Origin: Eledone cirrhosa
Taxonomy: Eukaryota
Direction: 5' to 3'
Assembly (NCBI GenBank): GCA_964016885.1
Contig: OZ024742.1
Coordinates: 96,286,001 to 96,350,000 of the forward strand
Length of the DNA stretch: 64,000 bases
Positions within the stretch are counted from its first letter, which is position 1. Each line of letters begins with the position of its first letter. The position numbers were made by a program, and so were the translations under genes. The notes below the pieces were generated by a model. It saw nothing but the letters and a program-made list of their open reading frames with translations, had not been told where the DNA came from and did not search any database. Of the stretch, positions 13,001 through 26,630 are shown in pieces.

Positions 13001-15627
13001 GTGAGCGTGTCTGTTTGATTCATGTTCCATAACCTAGTGGTTCGATAAAAAGAGATCAATAAAAGAATTACCAGACTTGAAAACATAATTTATAAACATA
13101 TCTGGTTCTAGATTTGCATAATTCCTCAAGTACAGGTCAGCAATGAAATGATAAAAAGTAAAGTTGACCACAGCAAGATTTGAACTCAAGTGCAGAGAGC
13201 TGGAACAAATACTGTGAGGAGTTTTATCTGATGTTGTAACCACACGCACGCACACACCCAACCACCCACACACCCACTTAATACCCACAAACTCAAACTC
13301 ATATGTACATTCTGATAAATTAGTATCAAGTTTATAGAACAATTTATAGGTAGAGAAAGATATAGACAAACATGATAGAACCTTCATAAAATGTTGAGTA
13401 TTCAGTTTTTCAATCAACTGAACATTTAATTCCTGAATTAACATGTAAGAGGCTGAGTATTCCGTAAACATGACACAATATGAGACAAGACTGAAACTTA
13501 CAAGTACAATCCATCCAACAGGCTTTAATACACTTCTCCCTATTCAATTTCATTAGCAAGATTTGGTTCATCTTGTGGCTACAGGAAAGATACTTGTCTC
13601 AGATGCTACACAATGGGATCAAACCTGGGACTTCATGATTGTGATGTGATCTTCTTAACCTCTCAGCCATGCCTGCATCATAGACAAACATATAGAGACC
13701 ACTACATAGATTTTTAGACAAGAAAAACATAGTTTAGGAATTTGTTGACCAGAAGTAGAGAGACAGAGTAATGAAAGAGGCAGTCAGATAGATCTAGACA
13801 TCCATATTCATAGAAATAATATTCAGATATTTATTCTCTACTTGTTTTCTCTGTTGACTTCTCCTCCTTCCTCTATGCTAATATTTGCTTGACCTTCGAC
13901 ACAATGATGGAGGTCAGATATAGAGGGAAATATTGAAATAGTGATTCAGCTCTTGTGTTGCCTCATTGTCAGGAGAAATTATCTAGTTATGGCATTGACT
14001 GTTGATTGAATGACAGCATCATCTCATAATTCTGTAATTCTTTACCCACTTCTATGTGCTGCTATATGTGTTAAGGCAAGATAAAAATTACTTGTTCATT
14101 ATACAATAATGGCCGTCAGGAAGTGATCTTTTCATCTTTGGAGGTTTTAGTTGTGATGTAGGTGTCGAGAACTTATAGGTTTGGAAGTATTGTTGCTCCT
14201 GCTATTATTGGTGTTATGGTTATTATTATTGGTATTGTTGTTTCAGTAATTGTTGTTGTTATTGTAATTATTTTTGTTGTTCTTACTGCCACCACAGGTG
14301 TTAGGTTTGTAGTTGTTGTTATCATCATTGCTACTATTATTATCAACATTGTTATTGTCATAACTCTTGTGGCTGACATTGCTGTTGTTGTCACTATAAT
14401 TTCAGTTGTTGTTATTGTTGTTGTTTAGTAACCTTCTGTGTACTTAGCTTAAGAAAATTCTATAACATTGGTGATTGCTCAATGAAGTATATCATTTCAT
14501 TAAGTTTCTAATCTTGCCAATCTTGTCTTTATGTAGTGCTGACAAATCTGGTAGACAACAACTATTATAAGAATTATTTTAAAGCCATTTCCCTGATAAA
14601 TCATTGTGGGCCCTACAACAAGCTTTTCCACTTTTATCTCACCGAACTACAGGTTTTAATTTCTTTCTCAATCACCTTTAGCCAGGTTTTTCTTAGCCTT
14701 CCCTTTCCCCTACTTCGCTCCACATTCATTTCCATCACTCCTCTCTATATTTTAGATCTTACAGCATTGGGCAATCCCAATGTATGGAGAATAGTATAGA
14801 AGTTTTGAGAATGGTAGTCCAATTGAGTTTGTATCACAGACTCAGGACTGTTAAGTTTACTTAAATGGGTATTATGAGTAAATGGCAAATTGGCAGAGCC
14901 ATTAGAATATGACATTTATTTTGGTTTACTGTACTCTGAGTTCAAATCCTGTTAAAGTCAACTGGGCCTTTCATCCTTTGGAGGTTGATAAATAGAATAC
15001 CAGTCCAGTACTGAGGTCAATTTTTTCTCTACAATTCTTTCTCACACATCCTTCCCCTCTACCCCCCCCCCCCTGTCTCTGAAACAATTGGCTGTGCTCA
15101 GACCTGGAGAGGGATAGGCTCCAACAGGTTTAAATGCTCAAGACACACCATGCCATATATTACTACAATGCCATCTAAAGTTAATGACATATACTCAGCT
15201 ATATTAGCTTCTGGTATGTTGTTACCCTTTCTTTTGAATGTCATTGTTGTTTAGTTACAAGTCATCTCTGATCCAGCAGACACATAATCAAAACTATTCC
15301 AGTCACTTTTTTTCCTAACACAATAGGGTGTAGTATGATAAAGATGTTGTTGCTATTATTAGCAGGTTAAGCAACTGGATCATGGGGTTCTGTGTGTGAG
15401 TGTGCATAAGCTTTATTTTCCATTTATTGACACTCACAATTTTGTGATTAAATTATTTCCATCAATATTTTTCGTCATAGTTATATCTTTCAGTAAAAAT
15501 AATGTGTTCCAAACATTTCTCATCGCCTACCATTTTGATGAATCAATACTTCTTTGTGACATTTTAAAAAGAATATTTAAATAACTATGTATGTATGTAT
15601 GTTTTTAAATATATTTTAATGTCATAG

Positions 15628-15715
15628 TAACTTCTGATGGAGCAACAATGACATACGGTGTGCCTTGGCATTTCAAACCTGGTGGAGCCCATCCCGTCTC
15701 CAAGTCTGAACGCCG
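15628..15715 (+). CDS. Candidate internal exon of an unidentified host gene (xTSDGATMTYGVPWHFKPGGAHPVSKSER)
   Basis: 88-nt GC-richer unique island bounded by atattttaatgtcatAG and CG|GTaatt. Open in phase 1 to phase 2. No homology recognised. Confidence 0.35.
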
Positions 15716-16177
15716 GTAATTTCTTTCAGAAGAAAGAGAGTAATAGAAAGGAAGTGAGAAAGAGATATATAGGAAGAGTCGACCTCAGTACTGGAGAGGT
15801 ACTTTATTTATCAATCTCAAATGGATGAAATGCGAAGTTGACATTGGTGGGATTTGAATTTAGAGCATAGAGAGGTGAAATAGCACAAAGCATTCTTTCC
15901 AACATTCTAATGACTCTGCCACCTTTAAATAACAGTTGGGCACACTTAACACTTCATACATTTCTTAAAGCCTCCTATCCTTTATTGTATAACATATTCA
16001 TAAGCATTTTACTTTTATCAAATATTTAAAAATTAAAGATATTGATTTCATGACCCTTTTAAAATCAAGAGTTCTAGATATAATGAAAAGGATTCAATTA
16101 ATTGATCATTTATCTCAGGTTTAAGTCCTCATAAGGACAAATGCACTTTTTGTAAACCTCTGACTTTAATATTTACT

Positions 16178-16565
16178 AATAATTGTTTCTACTTTTGGCA
16201 CAAAGCCAGCAATTACCCCAGTGAATTACTGGTACTTTATTTTATCAACCCCGAAAGGATGAAAGGCAAAGCTAACTTCGGCAGGATTTGAACTCAGAAC
16301 GCAATGGGCCATAACTTTATGCTGCAAATCATGGCGTCCAACCCTCTACCAATACTGATAATCCAAATAATTATTTATTAATAATTGTTTCTACTTTTAT
16401 CACAAGGCCAGCAATTACCCCAGTGCATTACTGGTGCTTTATTTTATCAACCCTGTAAGGATGAAAGGCAAAGTTAACTTCGGCAGGTTTTGAACTCAGA
16501 ACATCAAGGGCCATAACTCTATGCTGCAAAGCATGGTATCTGATGCTCTACCAATACTGCCAAAT
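16178..16565 (-). mobile_element. Two tandem SINE family 1 copies
   Basis: Two reverse-complement units joined through an (AAT)-like spacer. Confidence 0.9.
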
Positions 16566-18502
16566 GTCCTTCAGTAAGATATGGTTCTTTTGTCCATCTT
16601 GTCTTATACAATGATAACTCAGCCATCTCATGTTTGTATGAAATCAGATGTAACATAACGGGTATAATGATGATGAATGCAAAGGCTAATCTGATACTAT
16701 ATGAAACACATTTCCAAAGAACTATGCATCTTTACATGTTCAAATATAATTCTTTCTACCATAAGCGCAAGTCCAGGGACTTTTGTGGGAAGAAGAAAGT
16801 CACTTAAATTGACCCCATTACATTACTGGTACTTTATTTCATCAACCCTGAAAGTTTGAATGATAAAGCTGGACTTGGCAGGATTTAAACTCAGAATGTA
16901 AAGAATTATAACCAAATGCTACAGAGCATTTTCTCCAATGTTCTGATTCCACTAATCCACTGCTCTATACATGTCCATGTATACACCTACCAACCAACTT
17001 GTTCTACAATACCAATAATACAGAAAACACAGTAAATATAATGTAATAATAATCATATACTTGAGAAACAGTGTGACTTTAGATACACACCTATATCTAT
17101 ATATTCTCATATACATACATACATAGATACATGTATATATAAAGGAAGCCATACTTATACATACATATCTCCATATATTTATGTATATATTCTCATGTAC
17201 ATACATAGATACATGTATATATAAAGGAAACCATACTTATGTATGTATATATGTATGTATGTGTGTGTGTGTGTAAATATGAAGATTTAGACAAACTTGC
17301 AAAAATGCATACACACATATACACATACTCTGATACATAAATATATGTATATGCATAATTATACACATCCATAATGATACGAACAAACACGTTTCACTTA
17401 TTACAAGACTACACTGTATTCGTGACGAGGTCTTTCACTAATTTAAGATGACAGGACAAGGATCATATTTCTTCTTTACTAAATGGTAAAACCAATTCCT
17501 CCTCAGAATATTGCTGAACCGGTGCATAGAAATAATGGTGCAGTGTTGCACATTTATTGACCTAACTGTTTAGATAATTACAAAGTGTTATTCTCATGTT
17601 GATATCTCAGACATCTGGAAGCTGGGAACAAACTTAAGGTGTCTAAGAAGCCTCATGAGAAGTTAACATTTTGGTGCCAGATCATTTTAAATTTAATGTA
17701 TTTACAACTAGTTATTTCTTACAAAACAATAGGATTATATGAAATATATGTAGAACATGCTATTGATATATTTCAACACTTCTTTTCATGCATTTCAAAC
17801 ATTTTCTGCAACATTTATAACAAATATAGAAATTATATACAGATCTGTATAAGCAAGATGTGCTCTCTGAATTTGACTTGTCTGATAGCATGAGAACCTG
17901 TCTAACCCATGCAAGCATGGAAAATGGACATTAAACGATGATGATGATGATGATGAATATGTAATATTTGTCTTCTTAACGCTATTGTGACTGTATTTCT
18001 AATTAAATATATTCTATTTGAATTAACTAATGAAGAATTTGAAGGAATTTGCTAAAATTATTAATTATTCCATTATTAAGATTAGTAAATTCAAGCATGG
18101 CTCTTGTATAAAATTATGTTGGGAAATTTTAATTTAAATAAGAACCCATTTTGAAATAGGTGGTTTTGTTACATAGAAGCAGAGCTGGTTTTGGCAAGGT
18201 TAGTATCAAATTGATTAAATGTTTCTAGACCTAATCAACTGCTCAGTTTAACACCACTACCTGGCCTTTGGGGACATTTCGTGTAGTCCACTTTGATACA
18301 TTCATTCAGGCCAGGTCTCTTGTTTATCAATTCCTTCCACCCACAGAGCCTCTGACAAATACAATGGGCATTGCCCTTCTCGTCTTGGCTAAACATTTAT
18401 AAAATAATAAGCTTATCTCAAGATAATATTCAGCACAATATTATTTAATTTTTAGCACCGAAAATATGTCACTGAATTAATCAAAACGTCAATATTATTA
18501 TC

Positions 18503-18690
18503 CGGTGGATTGGCAGTATCGGTAGAGGGTTGGACGCCATGCTTTCCAGCATAGTTACGTCCCTTTACGATCTGAGTTCAAATCCCGCCGAGGTTGACTT
18601 TGCCTTTCATCCTTACGGGGTCAATAAAATAAAGTACCAGTAATGCACTGGGTAATTGCTGGCCTTGTGCCTAAAGTAGAAACAATTATT
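18503..18690 (+). mobile_element. SINE family 1 copy (well preserved)
   Basis: A-box tggcagtatcgg, B-box gagttcaaatccc, core and tail all present. Confidence 0.92.
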
Positions 18691-19006
18691 CTCATTGCAT
18701 CCACCAACACTACAACCCCTATCACTACAACTATCAACTCTACAAACACTATTATTACAACCACCATCACTACAGCCGTCATCATTACAACCATTACTAA
18801 AGCAATCACTGCCACTACAACCTCCATGACTTCAACCACCATCACTATAACTCCTTGTCATCAACACTACAACCATGATCAATACAACATCACCACTACA
18901 ACCTTTACAAATACAACGTTCATCACAACAACCATCACAACTACACTCATCACCACAACAAGCATCACAACTACAACCATAATCCCTACAATGTCAATAC
19001 TCCAAA

Positions 19007-19180
19007 TAATTGTTTCTACTTTTAGCACAAGGCCAGCAATTATCCCAGTATATTACTGGTACTTTATTTTATCGACCCTGTAAGGATGAAAGGCAAAGTT
19101 AACCTTGGCGGGATTTGAACTCAGACTGTAAAGGGACGTAACTCTATGCTACAAAGCATGGTGTCCGACCCTCTACCGGT
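19007..19180 (-). mobile_element. SINE family 1 copy, inverted relative to 18503-18690
   Basis: Reverse complement of the SINE unit. Confidence 0.92.
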
Positions 19181-19980
19181 AATACCATTACAACACTACA
19201 ACATTAACCACAATTACCAAGATCACTAATATGGCAAATGCAGCTACAAACACTGCTATAGCTCAGCCCATTGGTATTACAAGGTTTCATACAAGTCAAC
19301 TTGACCAATGAGATTTAGTAGCCAAGTCTATTTGAAAAAATCATACCTATTGTCTTATAAAAGAAAGAACTCATTGAATAATGTAATCCTAGATGCACAA
19401 TGTCAAAAAAATATTGTGTGATCATGAAACACTGTTTGAGGCTAAACATGATCAACAAGACCTCATATTTTCTGTATACTAGTTATACAATTCCATTCTC
19501 TATTTTTTTATTATTTTCAGCATTATTTTTAAACCAAAGTATATTGTTATTTTAAGTGTACCTAATTGGTAGTCATTAGTCTGTCAGATCGAATGCTTTG
19601 CTGTGTTTGTTCCATCTCTCAGTGTTTTCTGTGCTCTCAGTTCAAATCCTGCCATGGCCAAGTTCTCATTTCACACTTTTGCAGTCAATTACTAAGTACC
19701 TGCTCAGTACTGAAGTTGATTTTTACTCTATAACCTTTTCTTAGTTCCTCCTACTCACTCTCACTCTCTCTTCTCCCCATCTATTTCTCAAAAACGAAGA
19801 AGGAAAAGAAATTGGCTATGTTCCAGCATAGGAAGCAGATGGGTTCTACTAGGTTTAAAGTACCCAGCATATGCCCTTCTGACTCCATCAGGAGTTATAG
19901 CTTCATACATAAGTATTGTCATTTTAAAATGTTTTTTTTATGGAGCTCTATTGTTCAGGATTTACCTTTTCTTTACAATA

Positions 19981-22900
19981 TCTTATATATAAAGTGAAGT
20001 TGGGTGTTGTTTGTTTGTTTGGTGTCCCGAACTTGCAGGCTACACCGTTCATCCGATTTTCATGAAATTTGACACATATATAAGACTCGACGGGTAGATT
20101 GGAATAGGCTACTTGGAATTTTCGAAAAGAAGCCAAAAATCGATATTTTCAAAAATCGTCTGATTTCGATAAAACTCAAGGCAAGTGTGTATTTTGATCC
20201 GAGGATGAACGTGGGCTACATTCAATTTTCGGAAAATCGATAATTGGATCACCAGAGGCAAAAATCGATATTTACGAAATTTGTCCGATTCCAATGAAAT
20301 TTGACGTAGGTATGTATTTTGGTGCAGGGATCAACGTGGAGTACTTGAACATTTCAAAACATCGATAATCGGATCCCCAGAGGCAAAATTCCGGCAAACG
20401 AAAAACGCCATACTTCTTTCTTCCATTTGTCGCGACTCCCACCATGCAAAAAACGTTCAATCTATCAGGATTATCCACCGTAAATCTGTTTAAATTAACG
20501 CTCACCATATTCAGCAAACTTTTTATGCCGATTCTTCCATTTCTTATATAAGGACTATGAAGACTATACCGCCGCACATCATCCTGTGTTGCGCCCAGTC
20601 TTCTCAAGCGATCATCAAGCCTCCATGCGCTCTTTTCATTCCCGTGGTCCCACTACCGTAGCATAATGAGGCATCCGTCACCCCTGCCCTCTCCCTTCCC
20701 TGCACGCCATCGACCCACTGCATCGTTGTGCATCACCATGCGCATCTCTGCCCTGTCAGCCGCAATTCATTCCCCAGCTCTTTCCATTGCCTGGCCTCCG
20801 TGGTCCCTAAGGACTGCCACGGCTCAACATGCCGAATCCCTGCCACCCTCCACCCCTGCCCATTTCCATTGCCTACACTCCAGGGGAGATCAAGACTTCC
20901 ATGCCTGACCAAGCCGCATCCCTGCCACCGTCAACCCCTGCCCTCTCCTTTCCCTGCACGCCGTCGTCCCACTGCATCGTCATGACTCACCATGCCGCTT
21001 TACTGCCCTGTCGGCCACCATCCCCTCCTCAGCCCTTTCTTTTTCCTGCCCACCGTGCTCCTTCAAGACTGCATTGCCTAACCAAGCCGCATCCTTGCCA
21101 CCATCAAGTCCTGCCCTCTCCCTTCCCTGCACGCCGTCGACCCACTGCATTGTTATGCCTCACCATGCCGCATCAATGCTCTGTCAGCCGCCATCCCCAC
21201 CCCGACACTTTCTTTTGCCTGCCCGCAGTGCTCCTTCAAGACTGCCATGGCTATCTATGCCGCATCAATTCCTTGCCACCCGCTTAAACGTCATCAGCAT
21301 GGCTTATTGTTGCCCCATTTGACCACCTGTTTTTCCAGGCTAAACACAATACCAATGTGCACGATAGTCCATGTTAAATCTTTTTAATTACATGTTCATC
21401 ATGCTGAGCAAAGGATGAACAGCAACTATTTCATTTCTCCTGACATACCTTTCTGTCAATTATGGCCGAGAAGCATCCTGTGTAGCATTACGTTTTCTCA
21501 AGCGATCAACGTGCCTTCCACTGTCTTCACAATTGACTCACAACGCCACATCTATTCCCTGCGACGCTCCTAAACATCATCAGCATGGTTTATTTTTCTG
21601 CCGCGTTTAACCAGCTCTCATTCTAGTCCTTAAACAACAAAACCGCACGATGATGCTGCGTAAGTCTATTTAAATTAATGGTCAACATGTTCAGCAAAAC
21701 AATTGTACCAATTCTTCCTCTTCACCTCCAAGGCCTATCCATTGCATCTTAGGGGTCGGGATTCGCAATTTCTACGATTTCAATATTGACACAACAGTCC
21801 GTCAGGGTTTTCGGTACATGTTGCTCCGATAGGAATATCAACGTGATTTTCACTTTAAAAGTTTTCAGTCTTCCGTATGCTTTTATTTGTTATTGATACA
21901 ACACCGACTACAATCATCTAACTTCACTTTGTAGGCTAGACGCGAATCACAAGGAAAACAATCCTCTGATATACAACCCCACCAAATTCTTTGGTCTACC
22001 TAGATTTCAATGGCTATATCCTTTGCTTTTGTACGGTTGTACATTTGACAATGTCGCAAAACATTATTCCAAGTGATTCTTACCTTTCAGCTATGAATTG
22101 GGTAGTGCCTTAAAATCTCGGTTTATTTGCGTGCAATTTTTTGGTATCTTATGAATGGAGAATCGAAAACGCTTTTTCTCATAACCTGATACATGCGTTA
22201 CAGATTCTCCATGGATGTTTGTGGACTATTTTTTCAAAATACCAATATCACAGATTGGAGCACAAAAAGAAACGTTTGTTCTTCATTTATTTCGGTTAAA
22301 GCATCCTGCTGGAATTTAGCGCAGACCCGTTTAAATCTAGCGCCTTATAACCCCGAGTGTAACCGGGTACACCAACTAGAAAGACAAATGGAAACATTGT
22401 CTCCTCGGTCCGATTTGACGAAAGTCGATTTAGTTCCACAACAAATTGAAGACACGTTGAGGCTGTTGCAAAGGGCAATAACCCTAGACACAATTTTGAT
22501 CAACTTTTTTTCACCTATAGCAAATTTACCGGGACAGGTTTTTAGCTACTCATATCTACTTCAGAGGTCACGCATTCATGTAAAAAATCAATAAAACTGA
22601 AGCGGGGGTTCGACTTTGCGCAAAAAACAAGGCAAAGTTGTACATGGGAAAACTTTTTACAGGAACGTCTGATTTTCTTGAAAACTGTCGCAAAAGACTC
22701 GCCATTATGCCGCGGTTCAGATAAAGTCCCTTTTATTTTTTCTTCTGCACATGTGAGCGTGAAAATTGTAAAGTAAAACTGTGAAAAAATCGACTTTTTC
22801 ACCCTACTTTAAAAATCAACTGAAAATTCAATTTCAATTGAATTTGACTTCCCTCAATCGTGCAAAGAACAATTTCTACGATACACTGTGAACCTACAAT

Positions 22901-23067
22901 TGATCCATTAGTTATGCTCAATTACACACCTGCGTCTTCTAACCTCTGATTTTTCCTTGGGGTTCGAAGGTTTTTGCATCTGTGATGCGCGGGAAGTAAC
23001 TTTCACACATTTTAACAACAGAGCAAAGGTCGACTTACACCCGGGAAACGCCGGGTATTTCTGCTAG
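19981..23067 (+). mobile_element. Non-autonomous Helitron (~3.1 kb)
   Basis: 5' a|TCttatatataaag with a short (GTTT)n. 3' hairpin acccgg-gaaacg-ccgggt followed by CTAG|t. Inserted between A and T with no TSD. CpG-richer than the flanks. No Rep/helicase ORF. Confidence 0.85.
20690..21260. repeat. Three diverged ~190-220-bp GC-rich tandem units inside the Helitron
   Basis: cccctgccctctcc(c/t)ttccctgcacgcc(a/g)tcg(a/t)cccactgcat recurs at ~20681, ~20935 and ~21110. Confidence 0.85.
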
Positions 23068-23429
23068 TCTTGTATAAGTTCAAGTAACCAAATCCCAAAG
23101 GCTTACCAGACAACTACTTTATCGGCATTAGGCAACTAAAAGTTCAAACTTCCATTGAGCAAAAGGTCAGTATGATGAAAGATGTAACCCCCAGCTGCTA
23201 CTAATACTCATTTATTCTCAGTTGTGATGACTGGAGCAATGTGAAATAAAGTATCTTTCTCAAGGAGAAAAGCACCCCTTGGTAAATTAATCAAGTCCAT
23301 AACCATGTAATTTTGAGCCAGACATTATCAGAATGGCCATACTATAAGAATATAATACTACTTTACATTGTTTAGTATATGGATAAGCTTGATGTGAGTA
23401 GCGTGGAATTTTGGAAATAATCGTGAGAT

Positions 23430-23830
23430 ATATTATCCTAAATGCAGAGATGAGATCAAATGTTTTCTAAGTCTTTCAAACTAATTTATTTCCACTAGAA
23501 ACAGTATAATACAATTGGGAAACCATTGGTTAATAGCATTATAAGAGTGCCAGACTGTAGTAGCAGCAGCTGCATTCTCATTTGCACCAAACTGCCACAA
23601 ATTGATTGCAGGTTTAACCAATAAGAACAATCAAGGAGCTCGCAAGCAAATGTTTGTCTTTTTCAGGAAGAATTATATATGCAAAAATTTGATGGATCTA
23701 GAAATTGATTTCTGGAGAAGAAAGTAATTTCTTGGATAGCAACAAGCCATCTAATTTAATGGGAAAGGAAATGAGATATTGTGGCTCTCATCCATTTCTA
23801 AAACAATAGCAATTAAAACCTTTGTATTGT
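23430..23830 (+). repeat. Left arm of a ~400-bp inverted repeat
   Basis: Reverse complement of 26225-26630. Core ttgggaaaccattggttaatagcattataagagtgccagactg is identical. Confidence 0.9.
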
Positions 23831-25089
23831 AAACGCTTGAATGCTTATCCTCATATGCACCCAGTGGTTGAGAATTGGAGGCAATGTAGATTAGAGAGGG
23901 CCCTTTAGTCTTTTTGATAACATGACACTCTCTCTAGTGCTGGTGCCATCATAAAATGCACCCTGTAAAGTTACTGATGTAGAGAAAAGCATCCGGCTAT
24001 AGAGACCATGCCTTAAAATGGAACTCATTAGTAAATCCTGGTACTCTGAAGTAACTCTGAATAAGGATTGACTCCATGAACCATAACAACTTGTACAACC
24101 CATGCTAGTATGAACTCAGAGGTACGATGATGGTGATAATCATAATCTATCTTGAGGTAGATGTCATAGATATTCATGGGGTTGAAGCTATATAATGGAT
24201 AAGGAATAAGATTAGGTTGCAATCATGACATTCCTATATAAGAACCAATAATGTAATGGTTATGATGGATTTCTTGAACTGATTTCCAGAAACTAAGTTG
24301 TAAATTATTCATGAGTTGTCTATTTAGTAATAATAAGTTCAGTATTTAAAGCTAGAGAAATCTCAACCACTTTAGAATTCATTCATATCCTCTCTGGGAA
24401 TTAACTCTTCATTTGTGGTTATAACTTGTACGAGGGCACCAGCCAAAATTATTATATTATTCATTTTAATTTTTGGCAATAAGTACGAGCGCCGAGTATG
24501 TGACTTGAAGTCTTGGTTAATTAACACATTGCCTGAGTTAAATGACAGGCCAATTTTAGTGAATTAGTATATTGCCGTGTAGTCTTAGGGCAATGGACAT
24601 ATTTTGAATATTCCTTGTGGATGTTTAAAGGTCTGAGAAGGAGAAGGGTATGTGTATTTCTACAAGCTTCAAAAGGCAACTGGTATTCAATTTAAGAGAA
24701 AGAATGAGAGAGAGAGAGAGAGAGAGAGGTGTCTGTGTTGTTTCAGGTGTGATAAATTCTCAAGTGAAGTGATCATGTGTGGAGAATTTCATGAAGTGAA
24801 TTAAATGAAGAAGCAGAAGATGAGAGGAAACAAGATTAGATGAAATACTATGCTATGGTTCACAGATATTAGCCAAATTAGAAAAAAAAAAGGAAAGAAA
24901 TAAGAAAAGGGTGGTCATGTGATGAGAAGTATGACAGAGAATTGATTAAAGAAGCAGGTTAAGCTAGTATAATATGAATGTATGTTAATAGTTGATATTA
25001 CTATTGTTGTTGTTATTGTTGCTGGGCTATAGTTTTTGTTGTTATTGTTGTGTAGCCTTAGTTATTGCTTATAGTAGTTCTTTTTGTTG

Positions 25090-25660
25090 GGTAGCCATTA
25101 TTGTGGTTGTTGTATAGCCTTAGATGTCCTAGTTGTTGGGCAGCCTTAGTTATTGTTGGGCAATTTTGGTTGTCGTTGGGCAGCTTTGGTTGTTTTGGGG
25201 GAACCTTAGTTGTTGTTGGGCAGTTTTGGTTGTTGTTGGGCAGCTGCGGTTGTTGTTGGACAGCCTTAGTTGTTGTTGGGAAGCTGCGGTTGTTGTTGGA
25301 CAGCCTTAGTTGTTGTTGGGCAGCTGCGGTTGTTGTTGGGCAGTTTTGGTTGTTGTTGGGCAGCTGCGGTTGTTGTTGGACAGCCTTAGTTGTTGTTGGG
25401 AAGCTGCGGTTGTTGTTGGACAGCCTTAGTTGTTGTTGGGCAGCTGCGGTTGTTGTTGGACAGCCTTAGTTGTTGTTGGGCAGCTGTGGTTGTTGTTGGA
25501 CAGCCTTAGTTGTTGTTGGGCAGCTGCGGTTGTTGTTGGACAGCCTTAGTTGTTGTTGGGTAGTTTTCATTGTTGTTGGGCAGCTTCGGTTGTTGTTGTT
25601 GGGCAGCCTTGGTTGTTGTTGGGCAGCCTTAGTATTGTTGCGGGACCTTAGTTGCTGTTG
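25090..25660. repeat. 20-bp minisatellite (~28 units) with higher-order structure
   Basis: Variable decamer (cagccttagt / cagctgcggt / cagttttggt) plus constant tgttgttgg(g/a). Confidence 0.95.
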
Positions 25661-26224
25661 TTGTTGCTGTTATTTAGCACAAGCTCAGACTTAAGGGAGC
25701 AGATATATGATCACTAGGATTATAGTCATGTCCAACCAACTATATTTCAGATCTATCTAGTAATGTGTCATTCTATGTGTAAATGTTTCATTGAGACTTG
25801 TATTAACTTTAATCAATTCTGTTTGAGTTGCAGATCCATGGAATTTTAAGCTGTGTGTTCCAAATCTATTGTAAGGGCACAGACTACCCATAGATTTAAT
25901 AATTAAAGATTATATAATTATCATTTTACACCTGATATCCATACTGGTATGAGTTGGATAGGTTGTCTCTATCAAAGACTAAACAAGATAGTAAACCCTG
26001 TCTTACTAATACTTTCGGCATGTTTTCAACTGCTCAAAGCCCTTCCTCACACCAACTACTTTAAAGAGAGCACTAGTTGCATTTTATGATCATACCAACA
26101 TTAGAGAAGTTGTCATGTCCTTGACAATGTAAAAGAATCATTTCTACCTTACATTGCCTCTAGTTCTCAACCACTTTACATGATGTACTGAGTGCATGAG
26201 AAGACAAATATTCATGCATTTATA

Positions 26225-26630
26225 ATGTAGAGGATTAAATAGCAATTTTTTAGAAATGGATGAGTGCCACATCGTCTCATTTCCTTTCCCAATAAATCAG
26301 ATGTCTTGTTGCAATCCAAGACATTATTTTCTTCCCGACAAATTAATTTAAAGATTCATCAAATTTTATCTCATAGAATTCTTATAAAAAAGACAAATAC
26401 TGTATCCAAGTCTCCTGATTGTTTTTATTGGTTAAAGTTGCAATTAATTTATGGCAGTTCGGTGCAAATGAGAATGCAGCTGCTGCTGCTACTGCAGTCT
26501 GGCACTCTTATAATGCTATTAACCAATGGTTTCCCAATTTGTATTTTACTGTTTTAATGGAAATAAATTAGTTTCAAATAGTTAGCGAGAATTTCATTTC
26601 TGCCTTTAAGGTAATATATTTCATAGTCAT
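26225..26630 (-). repeat. Right arm of the ~400-bp inverted repeat
   Basis: See 23430-23830. Confidence 0.9.

Noticed and set aside
14162-14428. Hydrophobic Val/Ile-rich membrane-protein ORFs (also 57794-58270, 18621-18845, 42748-43128)
   Set aside because: Derived from degenerate GTT/ATT or T-rich low-complexity sequence.
25090-25660. CRISPR-like repeat-spacer pattern
   Set aside because: Variable parts are only 10 bp and recur, there are no unique spacers or cas genes, and the context is eukaryotic.
23430-26630. Inverted repeat as TIRs of a single foldback/DNA transposon
   Set aside because: Outer ends are the less conserved part, no TSD was seen and there is no transposase. Not fully excluded.
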